Source: Candidatus Pacearchaeota archaeon (lineage in GTDB: Archaea > Nanobdellota > Nanobdellia > Pacearchaeales > GW2011-AR1). Taken from it: DNA of 64,000 nt. Position 1 is the first letter of the stretch, and every line of letters begins with the position of its first letter. Both the position numbers and the translations under genes were made by a program. Location of the stretch: contig JAGLQO010000001.1 of NCBI GenBank assembly GCA_023136775.1, positions 47,488 through 111,487 on the forward strand. The letters run 5' to 3'. Below the pieces are notes generated by a model. The model saw nothing but the letters and a program-made list of their open reading frames with translations. It had not been told where the DNA came from and searched no databases. Positions 52,251 to 61,837 of the stretch are shown one piece after another.

Positions 52251-52847
52251 ATGGAAGAGTCTGAATCTAAGGGGGATAAGGTTGAGTTTGATAATTTTTC
52301 TGTTGTTGCGACAGAATCTACGGCGGAAGAATTGGATAATGTTTTTGAGGTTAATGAACAAGATTCTGAAGATAAAGTTGAGGCTGCACTGTTTATTGCT
52401 GGGCGTTTTTTGAATTTGCAAGAATTAATTATGTTAACTGATGTTAATCCAATTATGCTTAAAGAGATTCTTCATAGACTTGAAAAAAAATATTCTGTTG
52501 GGGTTCTTCGGTTAATTAATCGAAGTAATTCTTGGAAAATGGATGTTGATGAGAAGTATCATTATTTGATAAATAAATTAGCTACGGGAAATGCTGAATT
52601 TACTAAGGCAGAACAAGAAACGTTGGCAATTATTGCATATAAGCAACCGATAAAACAGTCTGTTATAATTAGAATTCGTGGGAATAAATCTTATGACCAT
52701 ATTAAGAAATTTAGAGGTCTTGGACTTGTTACAAGTAAACAGATTGGGCATACTTTGGAATTATCGTTGTCGGAAGAGTTTTATGAATATTTTAATGTTC
52801 ATAAGGCAGAGAAAAAGAATCTCGATGAGGGTAAGCAGGAGTTGTAA
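52251..52847 (+). CDS. scpB: segregation and condensation protein B
   Basis: VEAALFIAGRFLNLQELI and TKAEQETLAIIAYKQPIKQSVIIRIRG match the ScpB winged-helix repeats. Confidence 0.75.
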   Translation: MEESESKGDKVEFDNFSVVATESTAEELDNVFEVNEQDSEDKVEAALFIAGRFLNLQELIMLTDVNPIMLKEILHRLEKKYSVGVLRLINRSNSWKMDVDEKYHYLINKLATGNAEFTKAEQETLAIIAYKQPIKQSVIIRIRGNKSYDHIKKFRGLGLVTSKQIGHTLELSLSEEFYEYFNVHKAEKKNLDEGKQEL

Positions 52848-54079
52848 TGGATTTTTTAGTTGGTTTATATTTCTTCTATACATTTATTTCTTTTTATTTT
52901 TTAATGTTGTACATTTTAACTTATGTTCAAAATAAAAAACAGATTTTTGAAGTAGTTAAACCAAATAATGTGAAATCATTGTCGATTGTAATTCCTTGTT
53001 ATAATGCGGCAGACCTTATTGGAAAAACTATCGAGGCTCAACTTAATTCTAAGTATGAGGGGTTAAAAAATATAATTGTGGTGGATGATTGTTCGACTGA
53101 TAATTCTGCAGATATAATAAAACAATATGCTAAAAAGTATAGGCAAGTTATGTATATTAAGACGCCGAGTAATACGGGGAATGCAGCTGGTGCGAAAAAT
53201 TATGGAGCTACTTTTGTTGAGACTTATCTTATAGGGTTTAGTGACGATGATTCGGTTCCGAGTAAAAATGCAATATCAAAAATGGTTGGATATTTTAATG
53301 ACAAAAAAGTTGGGGCGGTTACTTCCCGAGTTTTAATCAAAGGGAATAAAAATTTTCTTGTTCGGGCTCAAGCAATTGAATATAAGATAATTGCGTTTAC
53401 TAGAAAATTGCTTGGATTTTTGGAAGCCATTTATGTAACGAATGGACCTTTGAGTATTTATAGAAAAGAAGCTTTTGATCAGGCTGGAGGATTTGATGTT
53501 AAAAATATGACTGAAGATATTGAGATAACTTGGAATTTTGTTGCCCATGGCTGGAAAGTTCATATGGCAATTCCGGCTGTTGTCTATACTCATCCGCCGA
53601 CGACGATTAGAACTTGGTTTCATCAAAGGATTAGATGGAATGTTGGCGGCTTGCAAACTTTGAGTAAGTACAAGAAAAAAATAGCAAAGACGGGAATGCT
53701 CGGAAATTTTATTTTGCCATTTTTTGCGTTCTCATGGTTTATCGGAATTACTGGACTTTTCTTTTTAGGTTATAGATTGTTTGAGTATATTTCTATGAAA
53801 ATTTTAGTTGCTACGTATTCTGTTTCTGCGGAAGTTGCTTTAATTACAATGGATAGTTTTAAGATGAATCCGAATATTTTATTCATTTTTGGAATTGTTT
53901 TATTTACTCTTGGATTAACTTACACAATTGTTGCTCTTGCATATTCAAGAGAAAAAGGCCTAGTTATTGGACATAATATTCTAGATATCTTTATATATTC
54001 ATTTTTCTATTTGCTAATGTATCCACCGTTATTGATAGTTGCGTTTTGTAAATATTGTCGGGGGTACAATACTTGGTAA
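52847..54079 (+). CDS. family 2 glycosyltransferase (processive, QxxRW type)
   Basis: LSIVIPCYNAA, VVDDCSTDNS, DDD, QRIRWNVGG; several C-terminal TM segments. Confidence 0.85.
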   Translation: MDFLVGLYFFYTFISFYFLMLYILTYVQNKKQIFEVVKPNNVKSLSIVIPCYNAADLIGKTIEAQLNSKYEGLKNIIVVDDCSTDNSADIIKQYAKKYRQVMYIKTPSNTGNAAGAKNYGATFVETYLIGFSDDDSVPSKNAISKMVGYFNDKKVGAVTSRVLIKGNKNFLVRAQAIEYKIIAFTRKLLGFLEAIYVTNGPLSIYRKEAFDQAGGFDVKNMTEDIEITWNFVAHGWKVHMAIPAVVYTHPPTTIRTWFHQRIRWNVGGLQTLSKYKKKIAKTGMLGNFILPFFAFSWFIGITGLFFLGYRLFEYISMKILVATYSVSAEVALITMDSFKMNPNILFIFGIVLFTLGLTYTIVALAYSREKGLVIGHNILDIFIYSFFYLLMYPPLLIVAFCKYCRGYNTW

Positions 54080-54080
54080 A

Positions 54081-54734
54081 ATGTTGAAAAGTAAAAAGCA
54101 TGTGTTTTGGGAGGCTGCGGTGATTACAGTGGTAATTTTTCTCGCGGGGCTGTTATTTGGAATGTTAGTTGAGACTAGTAATTCTAGCAAAGTTAGTCAA
54201 CTTTATATTAAATCTGAAATAAGTTTAACGGATGCAATGGCTACTGCTACTTTAACCGAAGGTTTTGATTTTGATTGTAAAATTATAAAGAAAAGCAATA
54301 TTGATTTTGCGAATAGAGTTTATGAGGAGGCTATAACTTTAGAGGAATATGAAGATGCTGGACTTTTAACTGAGAATTTAATGTTTTTGCATAAAAAATA
54401 TGATTTACTTAGAACTCTTATTTGGACAAGTAATCAAAATTCATTTGATAGATGTGATAATTATGATTTGTTGATTTATTTGTATGAAGTTGAAACTGAA
54501 GACACTGTTAAACAAGCAACTCAAAATGTTTGGTCAAAAATTTTATATGATGTAAAGATAAATCATAAAGATGATATTTTGCTTCTTCCAATTGCCGCAG
54601 ATCAAAATTTAACTTCTTTGGATTTGTTGATTTCTCAATATGATGTTAAAGAATTTCCAGCTTTGATTATTAATAATGATAATGTGTTATATGAGATAGA
54701 CAGTGTGTCTGGTGTTGAATCCCTTCTAAACTAA
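54081..54734 (+). CDS. membrane-anchored hypothetical protein
   Basis: start at MLKSKKHVFWEAAVITVV directly after the GT2 stop; single TM. Confidence 0.55.
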   Translation: MLKSKKHVFWEAAVITVVIFLAGLLFGMLVETSNSSKVSQLYIKSEISLTDAMATATLTEGFDFDCKIIKKSNIDFANRVYEEAITLEEYEDAGLLTENLMFLHKKYDLLRTLIWTSNQNSFDRCDNYDLLIYLYEVETEDTVKQATQNVWSKILYDVKINHKDDILLLPIAADQNLTSLDLLISQYDVKEFPALIINNDNVLYEIDSVSGVESLLN

Positions 54735-54788
54735 TATATAGCTTCAAGTATATATTTGTTTAAAAATACTTTTTGTCTTTATTAAAAC

Positions 54789-55541
54789 ATGAGATGTACG
54801 ATTTGTAAAAAGACTAGCGATGAAACTAAGTTATATAGTGGAATTTTGGAGTCGGAGATGGTTATGATTTGTGATGTTTGTGCTGATGATTATAATGTTC
54901 CTATAATTAAGAAACCTACGACTTCTCAGTTGGAAAGAATTGATCAGAAGTACTCTGTTAGAGAGCGAATGGAAGTGATGGCAGGAATGAGAAAGAAAGT
55001 TCCTATTAGTGAAGATTTAATGAATGCTAGTGGGACTTTGGCAAAACTTAGGGCTCCTGCGAAAAAACAACTTCATGAAGATGTGTTGGATAATTATTCT
55101 TGGACTCTTTCAATGGCTAGAAGAAGACGAAAGATGACTCCGAAACAATTAGCTGAAAAAATGAGTGTTGCTCCTGAAATTATTATGGCGGTTGAGAAGG
55201 GAGTTCTTCCAAAAGATTTTGAACCACTTTTTATTAAGTTGGAAGCTTATATGGGAATTAAGTTATTGAAAGCCCAGAGAGACACTATTAATTTTGTAAG
55301 AAGAAATAATGAGGCTGAGAAAAAGATTTTGGCGAGTGTTGAGGCTAAGATGAATGAATCTCCGCGAGATGATGATTTTGAAGACGCTGATGTTGAGGTT
55401 AAGAAAGACAAGTTTAAACTTACTTTGAATGATTTGGTTGATATTAAGAAGCGACGAGAAGTTCGGATTGCTAAGCGTAAGGCTAAGGAAGAAGAGGAAT
55501 CAATGGTTGGGGATGATTTGGATATGATTGAGGAATTGTAA
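54789..55541 (+). CDS. zinc-ribbon plus HTH (Xre/MBF1-like) protein
   Basis: N-terminal CTIC...CDVC; central WTLSMARRRRKMTPKQLAEKMSVAPEIIMAVEKG HTH; charged tail. Confidence 0.6.
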   Translation: MRCTICKKTSDETKLYSGILESEMVMICDVCADDYNVPIIKKPTTSQLERIDQKYSVRERMEVMAGMRKKVPISEDLMNASGTLAKLRAPAKKQLHEDVLDNYSWTLSMARRRRKMTPKQLAEKMSVAPEIIMAVEKGVLPKDFEPLFIKLEAYMGIKLLKAQRDTINFVRRNNEAEKKILASVEAKMNESPRDDDFEDADVEVKKDKFKLTLNDLVDIKKRREVRIAKRKAKEEEESMVGDDLDMIEEL

Positions 55542-55785
55542 TTTTTTTCTGGTATATCTGTTATTTTAATGCGTATGCGATTGGTTTTTTAGTTACAGAA
55601 ATATATTAATACAAAAGGCAAATTGGCTCGCGGATTTTGGGGATTTACGGGATTCAAGACAGGGGGATTAATTTTTGGAGCGAGAATTTATTCGAGCGAT
55701 TGATTAAGAAATAGGCGGAGCCGTGAAGGGAGGAACGATATTAAATATGAGAACGAAGTTCTCTAAATAGAAAGTTTTTAGAAAT

Positions 55786-56418
55786 TTACCCTAAGTATCG
55801 AAGTCTTCCGGGTCGTGGTTCGTAGATTAATCCTTCTTCTAGGAGTTTTTTGATTTCTGCATTAATTGCGTCTGGACTGGCTTCTGTATCCATTATGATG
55901 GTGTCTGCATCGATTCCGCCTTCTGCTTCTGCGGTTTTAATTTTTTCCATAATTGAATCTTTCAAACTTGAGTTTCCAGTTGCTTGTTCGTCTGCTGGCA
56001 TGTCTTTTCTTGCATTTTGGATTTCTAATTTTCTAACTAATAACCATCTAACATCAACTTTTTTTACGACTTCTGGAATAACATAAATTTCTCCGTTCCA
56101 TTCTCGTACGTTTCCAATAACTTGAATGGTGTCGCCTTGCATTATATTTTTTAATGGTTCAATATCTTCTCCGAAAGCTTTTAATTTTAATTGTCCAGAG
56201 GCATCGTCGATTGTTAAACTTGCGAATTGTTTTTCTCCTTCTTGGATGAATTTATCTACGCAGTTTGCTAAGATATTGATTCGTACGACTTTTCTACTTC
56301 CTAATTCTAAAAAGATAAATTTTCCTTCGTCCATCATTGGGACGCCTTTCATAATATCTCCGATTCGAAGTTTATATGCTACGTTTCGTTTCCGTTGTTC
56401 CGTCCCTACCTCTACCAT
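55786..56418 (-). CDS. OB-fold ssDNA-binding protein, RPA32-like, with C-terminal winged helix
   Basis: OB core VRINILANCVDKF...LTIDDASGQLKLKAFGE...IQVIGNVREWNGEIYV; C-terminus KKLLEEGLIYEPRPGRLRYL. Confidence 0.65.
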   Translation of the reverse strand: MVEVGTEQRKRNVAYKLRIGDIMKGVPMMDEGKFIFLELGSRKVVRINILANCVDKFIQEGEKQFASLTIDDASGQLKLKAFGEDIEPLKNIMQGDTIQVIGNVREWNGEIYVIPEVVKKVDVRWLLVRKLEIQNARKDMPADEQATGNSSLKDSIMEKIKTAEAEGGIDADTIIMDTEASPDAINAEIKKLLEEGLIYEPRPGRLRYLG

Positions 56419-56462
56419 AATTAGAAATAATCTGTTTGACTTTATAAGGATTTATGGGGTAC

Positions 56463-56700
56463 ATTGACATTTTTTTCTGGTTTCCGCCTCACTGGCATGC
56501 TCTTCTGCGGAGGCACAAAAATTGTTGGAGAAAATCCACACGCGGCACTTATGCACACCTCGGCTTGTTTGAATTCTGGGGCGATTTTTAGATTCCGAAT
56601 CGCTTACTACTAAGGCCCCAGATGGTTCGATATATGTGAGGGAATTTCGTCATTTGACGCGCCCAGTTACGAATCAACGAAGGAGAAATTCCCGAGTTGG
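56463..56700 (+). ncRNA. structured RNA-like element, family copy C (expanded)
   Basis: same helix order as copy A: AAAATC(56531-36)/GATTTT(56583-88), TAGATTCC, CGAATC(56596-601)/GGTTCG(56624-29), GGGAATTTC(56640-48)/GAAATTCCC(56685-93). Confidence 0.5.
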
Positions 56701-56710
56701 GGAGTGGATG

Positions 56711-56971
56711 TTAAATTTCTAATTCGGTATCTTCCCCTAAATTGTCTTGCCAGTTTTTTATTAAACTTTTTTTGAAATTTTGAAATTCTAATATTTTTTT
56801 ATTAATTAATTCTAAGTTGTGCATATTTTTACCTATTTTTTCTTTTGACGATTGAAATTTTTCTATAACTTTTTCTATATCGTTGTGAATCTTTTCTATT
56901 TTTATTTTTAATCTATTTCTTTCTTTTCTGTATTTTGTTTTTATTTCCTGATTGCTCAATATCTTTTCCAT
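56711..56971 (-). CDS. coiled-coil protein (86 aa), co-oriented immediately downstream of mcm
   Basis: ORF starts 2 nt after the mcm stop. Confidence 0.5.
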   Translation of the reverse strand: MEKILSNQEIKTKYRKERNRLKIKIEKIHNDIEKVIEKFQSSKEKIGKNMHNLELINKKILEFQNFKKSLIKNWQDNLGEDTELEI

Positions 56972-56973
56972 TT

Positions 56974-59133
56974 TTATAAATCCATTCGTTGAATAAACCC
57001 TTTTTTGGGTCTGAACAATTCTCCAGCTTTTAATAATTTTCCAACAATTTCGTCGATCTCATCTTCTTTCATTTTTCCAGTTAATGCGTCAGTAAGGGTT
57101 TGGTATGGAATTAATTTCCCCATTGATTTTTCTAACTCTCTTAATACTTCTCTGATTGCTGCTATTTTATTTCGACCCGAGGCTGAAGTCGTCCCTTCAA
57201 TTTTGTCTATGTCGAATGATTTTGTTTTTTCATCATATCCAACTTGCATAAGGTAAGATTTTACTAATTCAATTGCGGCGGCAGAATCCTTCACTTCTAC
57301 TGTGTTGGATAGTCTCATCCTTGCGTGTGCTTCGGAGAGTCTAACGATTGCTTCAAGTTGTCTGGCTCCAATGGGTATTGGTTTACTTGGTCCGTCTCCT
57401 ATTTGTGGCATATTTCTAAGTCCTACATAAAAATCTTTCATTGCCTTTACGGCTTCATCAGTTAATAGTGGGTTGTATTTTTGTTTTGCATAACTAATGT
57501 ATTTTTTTAATAAATCTTTATCAATTACGTCGTGTTTGGCTTCTTGTTTATGTTCCAATAAAACATGATTTGCGATTGCTTCGTCGTTTTCTCTGCTTGG
57601 AATATCTCTCATAATAAAAATCGCATCGAAACGGGAAAGCAAAGAAGGAACTAGATTCACCTGTTTTGGAATTGATTGCAGCGGATCAAATCTACCAAAT
57701 TTTGGATTGGCAGCGGCGAGTACTGAAGTTTGAGAACGTAATGTAGCCTGAACTGTCGCTTTAGAAATTGTAACTGTTTGCTGTTCCATTGCTTCGTGCA
57801 TTGTACTTCTATCTTCTTCGTTCATTTTATCAAATTCATCAATACAGACAATTCCTTTGTTCGCTAAAACCATTGCTCCGGCTTCAAGTCCCCAGCCTTT
57901 TAGTATTTCGTCTTTTACAACTGTTGCAGTTAGTCCAGCTCCTGTTGCGGATTTACCCGAAACATATCTGGCTTTTGGTGCAACGCCTGCAATGAATCCC
58001 AGCATAACTGATTTGGCAACACCTGGATCTCCAACCAATAAAACATGAATATCCCCTCTCATTTTTGTTCCGTCACTTCTTGTTTTTTTAACTCCTCCAA
58101 ATAATTGAAATGCTAGGGCGGTTTTTACATTGTCATGTCCCCAAATTGATGGTGCAATACTTCCGACCATTTTTTTCATAAAGTCAGGACTATTTGCTAT
58201 TTCTTTAATCGTTCTTTCATCTTCTTCGGTTATGTCTATATCTTCGAAACTTTCTTCTAGCGGAACAAGATTATTTGATTCGATTGCTAAGTCAAATCTT
58301 GTAAGCATTGCACCTGAAGCAACAGTGATTGCAATTTCTTTTAATATTCCAATTATTTTGACTTTGCTACCAGGTGTTGTTCGCATTTCCATTGTTGGAT
58401 CTACTAAATCTTCTTTTAGAAAAACTGTCATACGTTTTGGTTGTTCTCCGCCGTGTAAGTTTTCTGAGGATTCTTCAATTGTTAATACTTGTGCGTCAAC
58501 CATATCTTTAGAGATTTCTTTAAATCCTCCTCGACGTCCACAACTACATCTACTTGGTTCTTTGAATTTTTTATCGATTTGTAAAACTGAAATTATCGTT
58601 CCACAGCTTGGGCATTCGAATTTTGCGTTGGTAACTAATGGTCTAACTTCGGATGCTTGTCTGACAATTCCTTCAATGCTAATCATTTTGCCTAGATGTT
58701 TAGAACGAATATATCTTATGAGAAGTTCTTGACTTGGAGAAATACTTGTGAATCTAACTCTTGCATCATTTGGTGCCCATTCTAATTCCTCTAAAGCTAT
58801 TTCTAAAAGTTGGATGGTTTCTTCTGGTCTTTCAATTAGGTTTTCTGCGAGTTCTGGAGTATGTGCTGAAAATTCATCGAAATTAACATGGACTACTTTA
58901 TGCTCTCCGCTCATTCCTCGAATAACATCTGCACGATTTAATTCGAAAAATTCTTTTGCTATGCTTAGTGCTTCTTCTTGGCTTTCACTGTTTTGGGCTA
59001 AATGCTGAGGTTCAGGATTATTAGAATTATTTGGATTGTTGCTTTTGAAATCTTCATTATTATTGGCATTGAAGCTATTGTCGCTAAAGTTTTTGTTATC
59101 AAAATTAGTGTTTCCGTATTCATCCGCTTCCAT
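56974..59133 (-). CDS. mcm: minichromosome maintenance (MCM) replicative helicase
   Basis: zinc motif CPSCG...CSCG, Walker A VLLVGDPGVAKS, Walker B CIDEFDKM, arginine finger SRFD; Asn-rich N-terminal extension. Confidence 0.92.
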   Translation of the reverse strand: MEADEYGNTNFDNKNFSDNSFNANNNEDFKSNNPNNSNNPEPQHLAQNSESQEEALSIAKEFFELNRADVIRGMSGEHKVVHVNFDEFSAHTPELAENLIERPEETIQLLEIALEELEWAPNDARVRFTSISPSQELLIRYIRSKHLGKMISIEGIVRQASEVRPLVTNAKFECPSCGTIISVLQIDKKFKEPSRCSCGRRGGFKEISKDMVDAQVLTIEESSENLHGGEQPKRMTVFLKEDLVDPTMEMRTTPGSKVKIIGILKEIAITVASGAMLTRFDLAIESNNLVPLEESFEDIDITEEDERTIKEIANSPDFMKKMVGSIAPSIWGHDNVKTALAFQLFGGVKKTRSDGTKMRGDIHVLLVGDPGVAKSVMLGFIAGVAPKARYVSGKSATGAGLTATVVKDEILKGWGLEAGAMVLANKGIVCIDEFDKMNEEDRSTMHEAMEQQTVTISKATVQATLRSQTSVLAAANPKFGRFDPLQSIPKQVNLVPSLLSRFDAIFIMRDIPSRENDEAIANHVLLEHKQEAKHDVIDKDLLKKYISYAKQKYNPLLTDEAVKAMKDFYVGLRNMPQIGDGPSKPIPIGARQLEAIVRLSEAHARMRLSNTVEVKDSAAAIELVKSYLMQVGYDEKTKSFDIDKIEGTTSASGRNKIAAIREVLRELEKSMGKLIPYQTLTDALTGKMKEDEIDEIVGKLLKAGELFRPKKGFIQRMDL

Positions 59134-59235
59134 AGGAAAAGCAAGAAACTTCTGTTTAAAAAATGAGTTGTATTCTAAAATATACTTTGATTATGATAAC
59201 GAAATGTTTAAATAATAAATAAGACATATCTTACT

Positions 59236-59502
59236 ATGGAAATGGCAACAACAACTCTTAGTTCAAAAGGACAAATCGTAATCCCGAGCATCATGCGAGT
59301 GGGGTTTAAAGAAGGAGAAAAATTATTATTAATTCAAGAAGACGATTCTATTATTTTGAAAAAAGTTTCCTCTCTTCAAGAAAATTTCAAAGATGATTTA
59401 GAATTTGCTAGGCGAACTAGAGAGGCTCAAGAAAGTATAGATGAGGGCGAGTATATAGAAGTAGATTCTGATAATCTGGAAGCAGAAATGGATAAATGGT
59501 AG
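59236..59502 (+). CDS. AbrB/SpoVT-family antitoxin
   Basis: TLSSKGQIVIPSIMRVGFKEGEKLLL swapped-hairpin motif. Confidence 0.7.
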   Translation: MEMATTTLSSKGQIVIPSIMRVGFKEGEKLLLIQEDDSIILKKVSSLQENFKDDLEFARRTREAQESIDEGEYIEVDSDNLEAEMDKW

Positions 59503-59744
59503 TAATTCGTTTTTCAAAAATATTTACAAATAAGTTTTCTAAAATGAAAGATGAGTTGCTAAGAACCAAAGTAAAAAAGCAGATAAGGAAAATAACAGAC
59601 AATCCTAAAGTTGGAAAGCCTATGCGAAATATTAGAGTTGGAACTCGCGAGCTTTATATTTTCCCATTTAGATTATCATATAGATATGTAGAAAATGAAA
59701 ATATGGTGGAAGTTTTAGATTTATATCATAAAAAACATCAGTGA
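59496..59744 (+). CDS. RelE/ParE-like toxin
   Basis: 7-nt overlap with the antitoxin; GTRELYIFPFRLSYRYVENENMVEVLDLYHKK. Confidence 0.6.
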   Translation: MVVIRFSKIFTNKFSKMKDELLRTKVKKQIRKITDNPKVGKPMRNIRVGTRELYIFPFRLSYRYVENENMVEVLDLYHKKHQ

Positions 59745-59789
59745 TAGTTACATAAAAAGATAGTTAAGCTGGGGATTCATTGAACAATA

Positions 59790-60593
59790 ATGGAAGAAAA
59801 TAAGTATTTATCTGCAGCTATTTTTGCAGCAAAAGAAGCCGGAAGTATGCTTATGGGTCAACTTGAATCAGCATCAAGTAAGGACGATTTAAGTAATCCT
59901 TCTGTAAAACAGGATAAGGATTCTGAGTTATTAATTTTAAAGATTTTGAAAGAAAAGTTTCCGAATCATGGATTTTTAGGAGAAGAATTCGGAGAAAAGA
60001 ATCCTATAGCGGAGTATAAATGGATTATTGACCCAATTGATGGAACTAATAATTATACTGGAGGAAGAGATTCTTTTTCTGTTTCGATTGGACTAGAAAA
60101 TAATAAAGAGATTGTTTTAGGAGTTGTTTACCTTCCAAAAAGAGACGAGTTGTTTTATGCTACAAAAGGTAATGGTGCTTTTTTAAATGAAAAACAAATT
60201 AAGGTTAGTGATAGAGAAAGTAATTTGGAATCAATAGTTACTTATTCTACATATCCAGGAGAAGAAGAAAAGACAAAAATTTTAAATGATAAAATTTTAG
60301 CATCATTTCCAAAGGTAAAATGTTTTGGATTTTCTGATAAGAAAAATTTAGACGAAACTTTTGGACGAGGTTCGATGGCAGCAGAATTTTGCTATCTTGC
60401 TTGTGGAAGAATTGACGGATTAATCAGGTTAAAACAAAAACCATGGGATGTAGCGGCTGGAAGTATAATAGCAAAAGAAGCTGGGGCGTATATGAATAAT
60501 CTTGAAGGAAAAGAATGTAGCGTGTACGAAGGAGATTATGTCGCAGCTAACCCTAAACTTTTAGATAATATTGATAAAGTTATTTTTGATTAG
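59790..60593 (+). CDS. inositol monophosphatase/fructose-1,6-bisphosphatase family protein
   Basis: FLGEE and WIIDPIDGTNNY metal-binding motifs. Confidence 0.85.
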   Translation: MEENKYLSAAIFAAKEAGSMLMGQLESASSKDDLSNPSVKQDKDSELLILKILKEKFPNHGFLGEEFGEKNPIAEYKWIIDPIDGTNNYTGGRDSFSVSIGLENNKEIVLGVVYLPKRDELFYATKGNGAFLNEKQIKVSDRESNLESIVTYSTYPGEEEKTKILNDKILASFPKVKCFGFSDKKNLDETFGRGSMAAEFCYLACGRIDGLIRLKQKPWDVAAGSIIAKEAGAYMNNLEGKECSVYEGDYVAANPKLLDNIDKVIFD

Positions 60594-61438
60594 CTATATA
60601 CGAATTCTGGTCTTCCGAAAATTATTTCCTCTGTTGTCCTTCTGTAAATTCCTATGAATTGGTCACCAGAAAATACTGCAAATCTATCATCCGTTTCGAT
60701 TCCCTTAGTCTCATTTGTTACATCTTCTAAAAATAAAGGTCGTCCTACATGAAGTCCTTTGATTGCCTTTTTTTCAATTTCTATTATTGGTAAAACTTGC
60801 TTAATCGCTGTTTCAGCTGGCATTAACATTTTTCTTAAATCTTCTTCTTTTCCGTCTTTGTATTTGTCAACTGCTGACTTGAAATCAAATAGGTTTACAA
60901 TTGTTGTTTCGTCAAATATTCCCGCTTGAGTTCTTCTTAAGTCTTCCATGTGAGCTCCATTGATTATTTCTCCGAGGTCTGAGCAAATTTTCCTAATGTA
61001 AGTTCCCCCTTCAACTTTGGCTGTGAATACGAAATTTTTATTATTTTCTCCTGCCTCGGTTAATGTCCAATTGTAAACTGTCCGTTCTCGTTCCTCTCTT
61101 TTTACGGCACTTCTATGAGGAGGCGTTTGTTTTATTTTCCCAACAAAATTATCGTTAATTAACTTTTGAAGTTCTTCAATATTTTGTTCCTTATGCGTAT
61201 GCAAAACTCCAACGTAAGTTTTATCATGTTTAATAAAATATCCAGCTAACTTACAAGCTCGTCCAAGCGTCACGGGTAAAACTCCAGTAACCTTAGGATC
61301 TAGCGTCCCCATATGAGAAGTTTTTTTTAGTCTTAATTGTCTTTTCAAAAATTCAGAAACTGAAAAACTAGTCGGTCCAGCCGATTTATCAATATTAATT
61401 AAACTAAATTGTAGTAAATCTTGAATTGGTTTTTCCAT
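60590..61438 (-). CDS. cbf5: tRNA/rRNA pseudouridine-55 synthase Cbf5/TruB
   Basis: HMGTLDPKVTGVLPVTLGRA catalytic motif; archaeal Cbf5-like N-terminus. Confidence 0.85.
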   Translation of the reverse strand: MEKPIQDLLQFSLINIDKSAGPTSFSVSEFLKRQLRLKKTSHMGTLDPKVTGVLPVTLGRACKLAGYFIKHDKTYVGVLHTHKEQNIEELQKLINDNFVGKIKQTPPHRSAVKREERERTVYNWTLTEAGENNKNFVFTAKVEGGTYIRKICSDLGEIINGAHMEDLRRTQAGIFDETTIVNLFDFKSAVDKYKDGKEEDLRKMLMPAETAIKQVLPIIEIEKKAIKGLHVGRPLFLEDVTNETKGIETDDRFAVFSGDQFIGIYRRTTEEIIFGRPEFVYS

Positions 61439-61475
61439 AAATAAAGAGGATTAATTTGACTTTTAATATTTTGTA

Positions 61476-61736
61476 TTAGCTATATACTTCATACTCAATC
61501 CTTCCAAGTATGTTTTTGACTTCATCTCTTTTTTTGTCCTTGCAATAATCGTAAGGTCTACTTCCACCAAGAGCAATATTAGAAGTATAAAACCAATCTA
61601 TTACATTTATTGATTCTTCGAAGACTTCTTTCATCTCTGTAATTAAATCATTCCCAGCAGTTTTTTTCATTTCTTTATTTAAAAAATTATCTAAGCTTTT
61701 AAATTCTGGTCGCTTGAGAATATCATTAATATCCAT
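61476..61736 (-). CDS. DUF2384-like (MbcA/ParS-type antitoxin C-terminal domain) protein
   Basis: WFYTSNIALGGSRPYDYCKDKKRDEVKNILGRIEYEVY matches the DUF2384 core pattern; no adjacent RES-type partner. Confidence 0.55.
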   Translation of the reverse strand: MDINDILKRPEFKSLDNFLNKEMKKTAGNDLITEMKEVFEESINVIDWFYTSNIALGGSRPYDYCKDKKRDEVKNILGRIEYEVYS

Positions 61737-61837
61737 AAATTATTAATAACTAGGTATTATTTAAACTTGATTATGTCTAAAACAATTAGTAATATATTCT
61801 CAAAAGCCTTTAAGTAAAATAGAATGTTAGGATTAAT

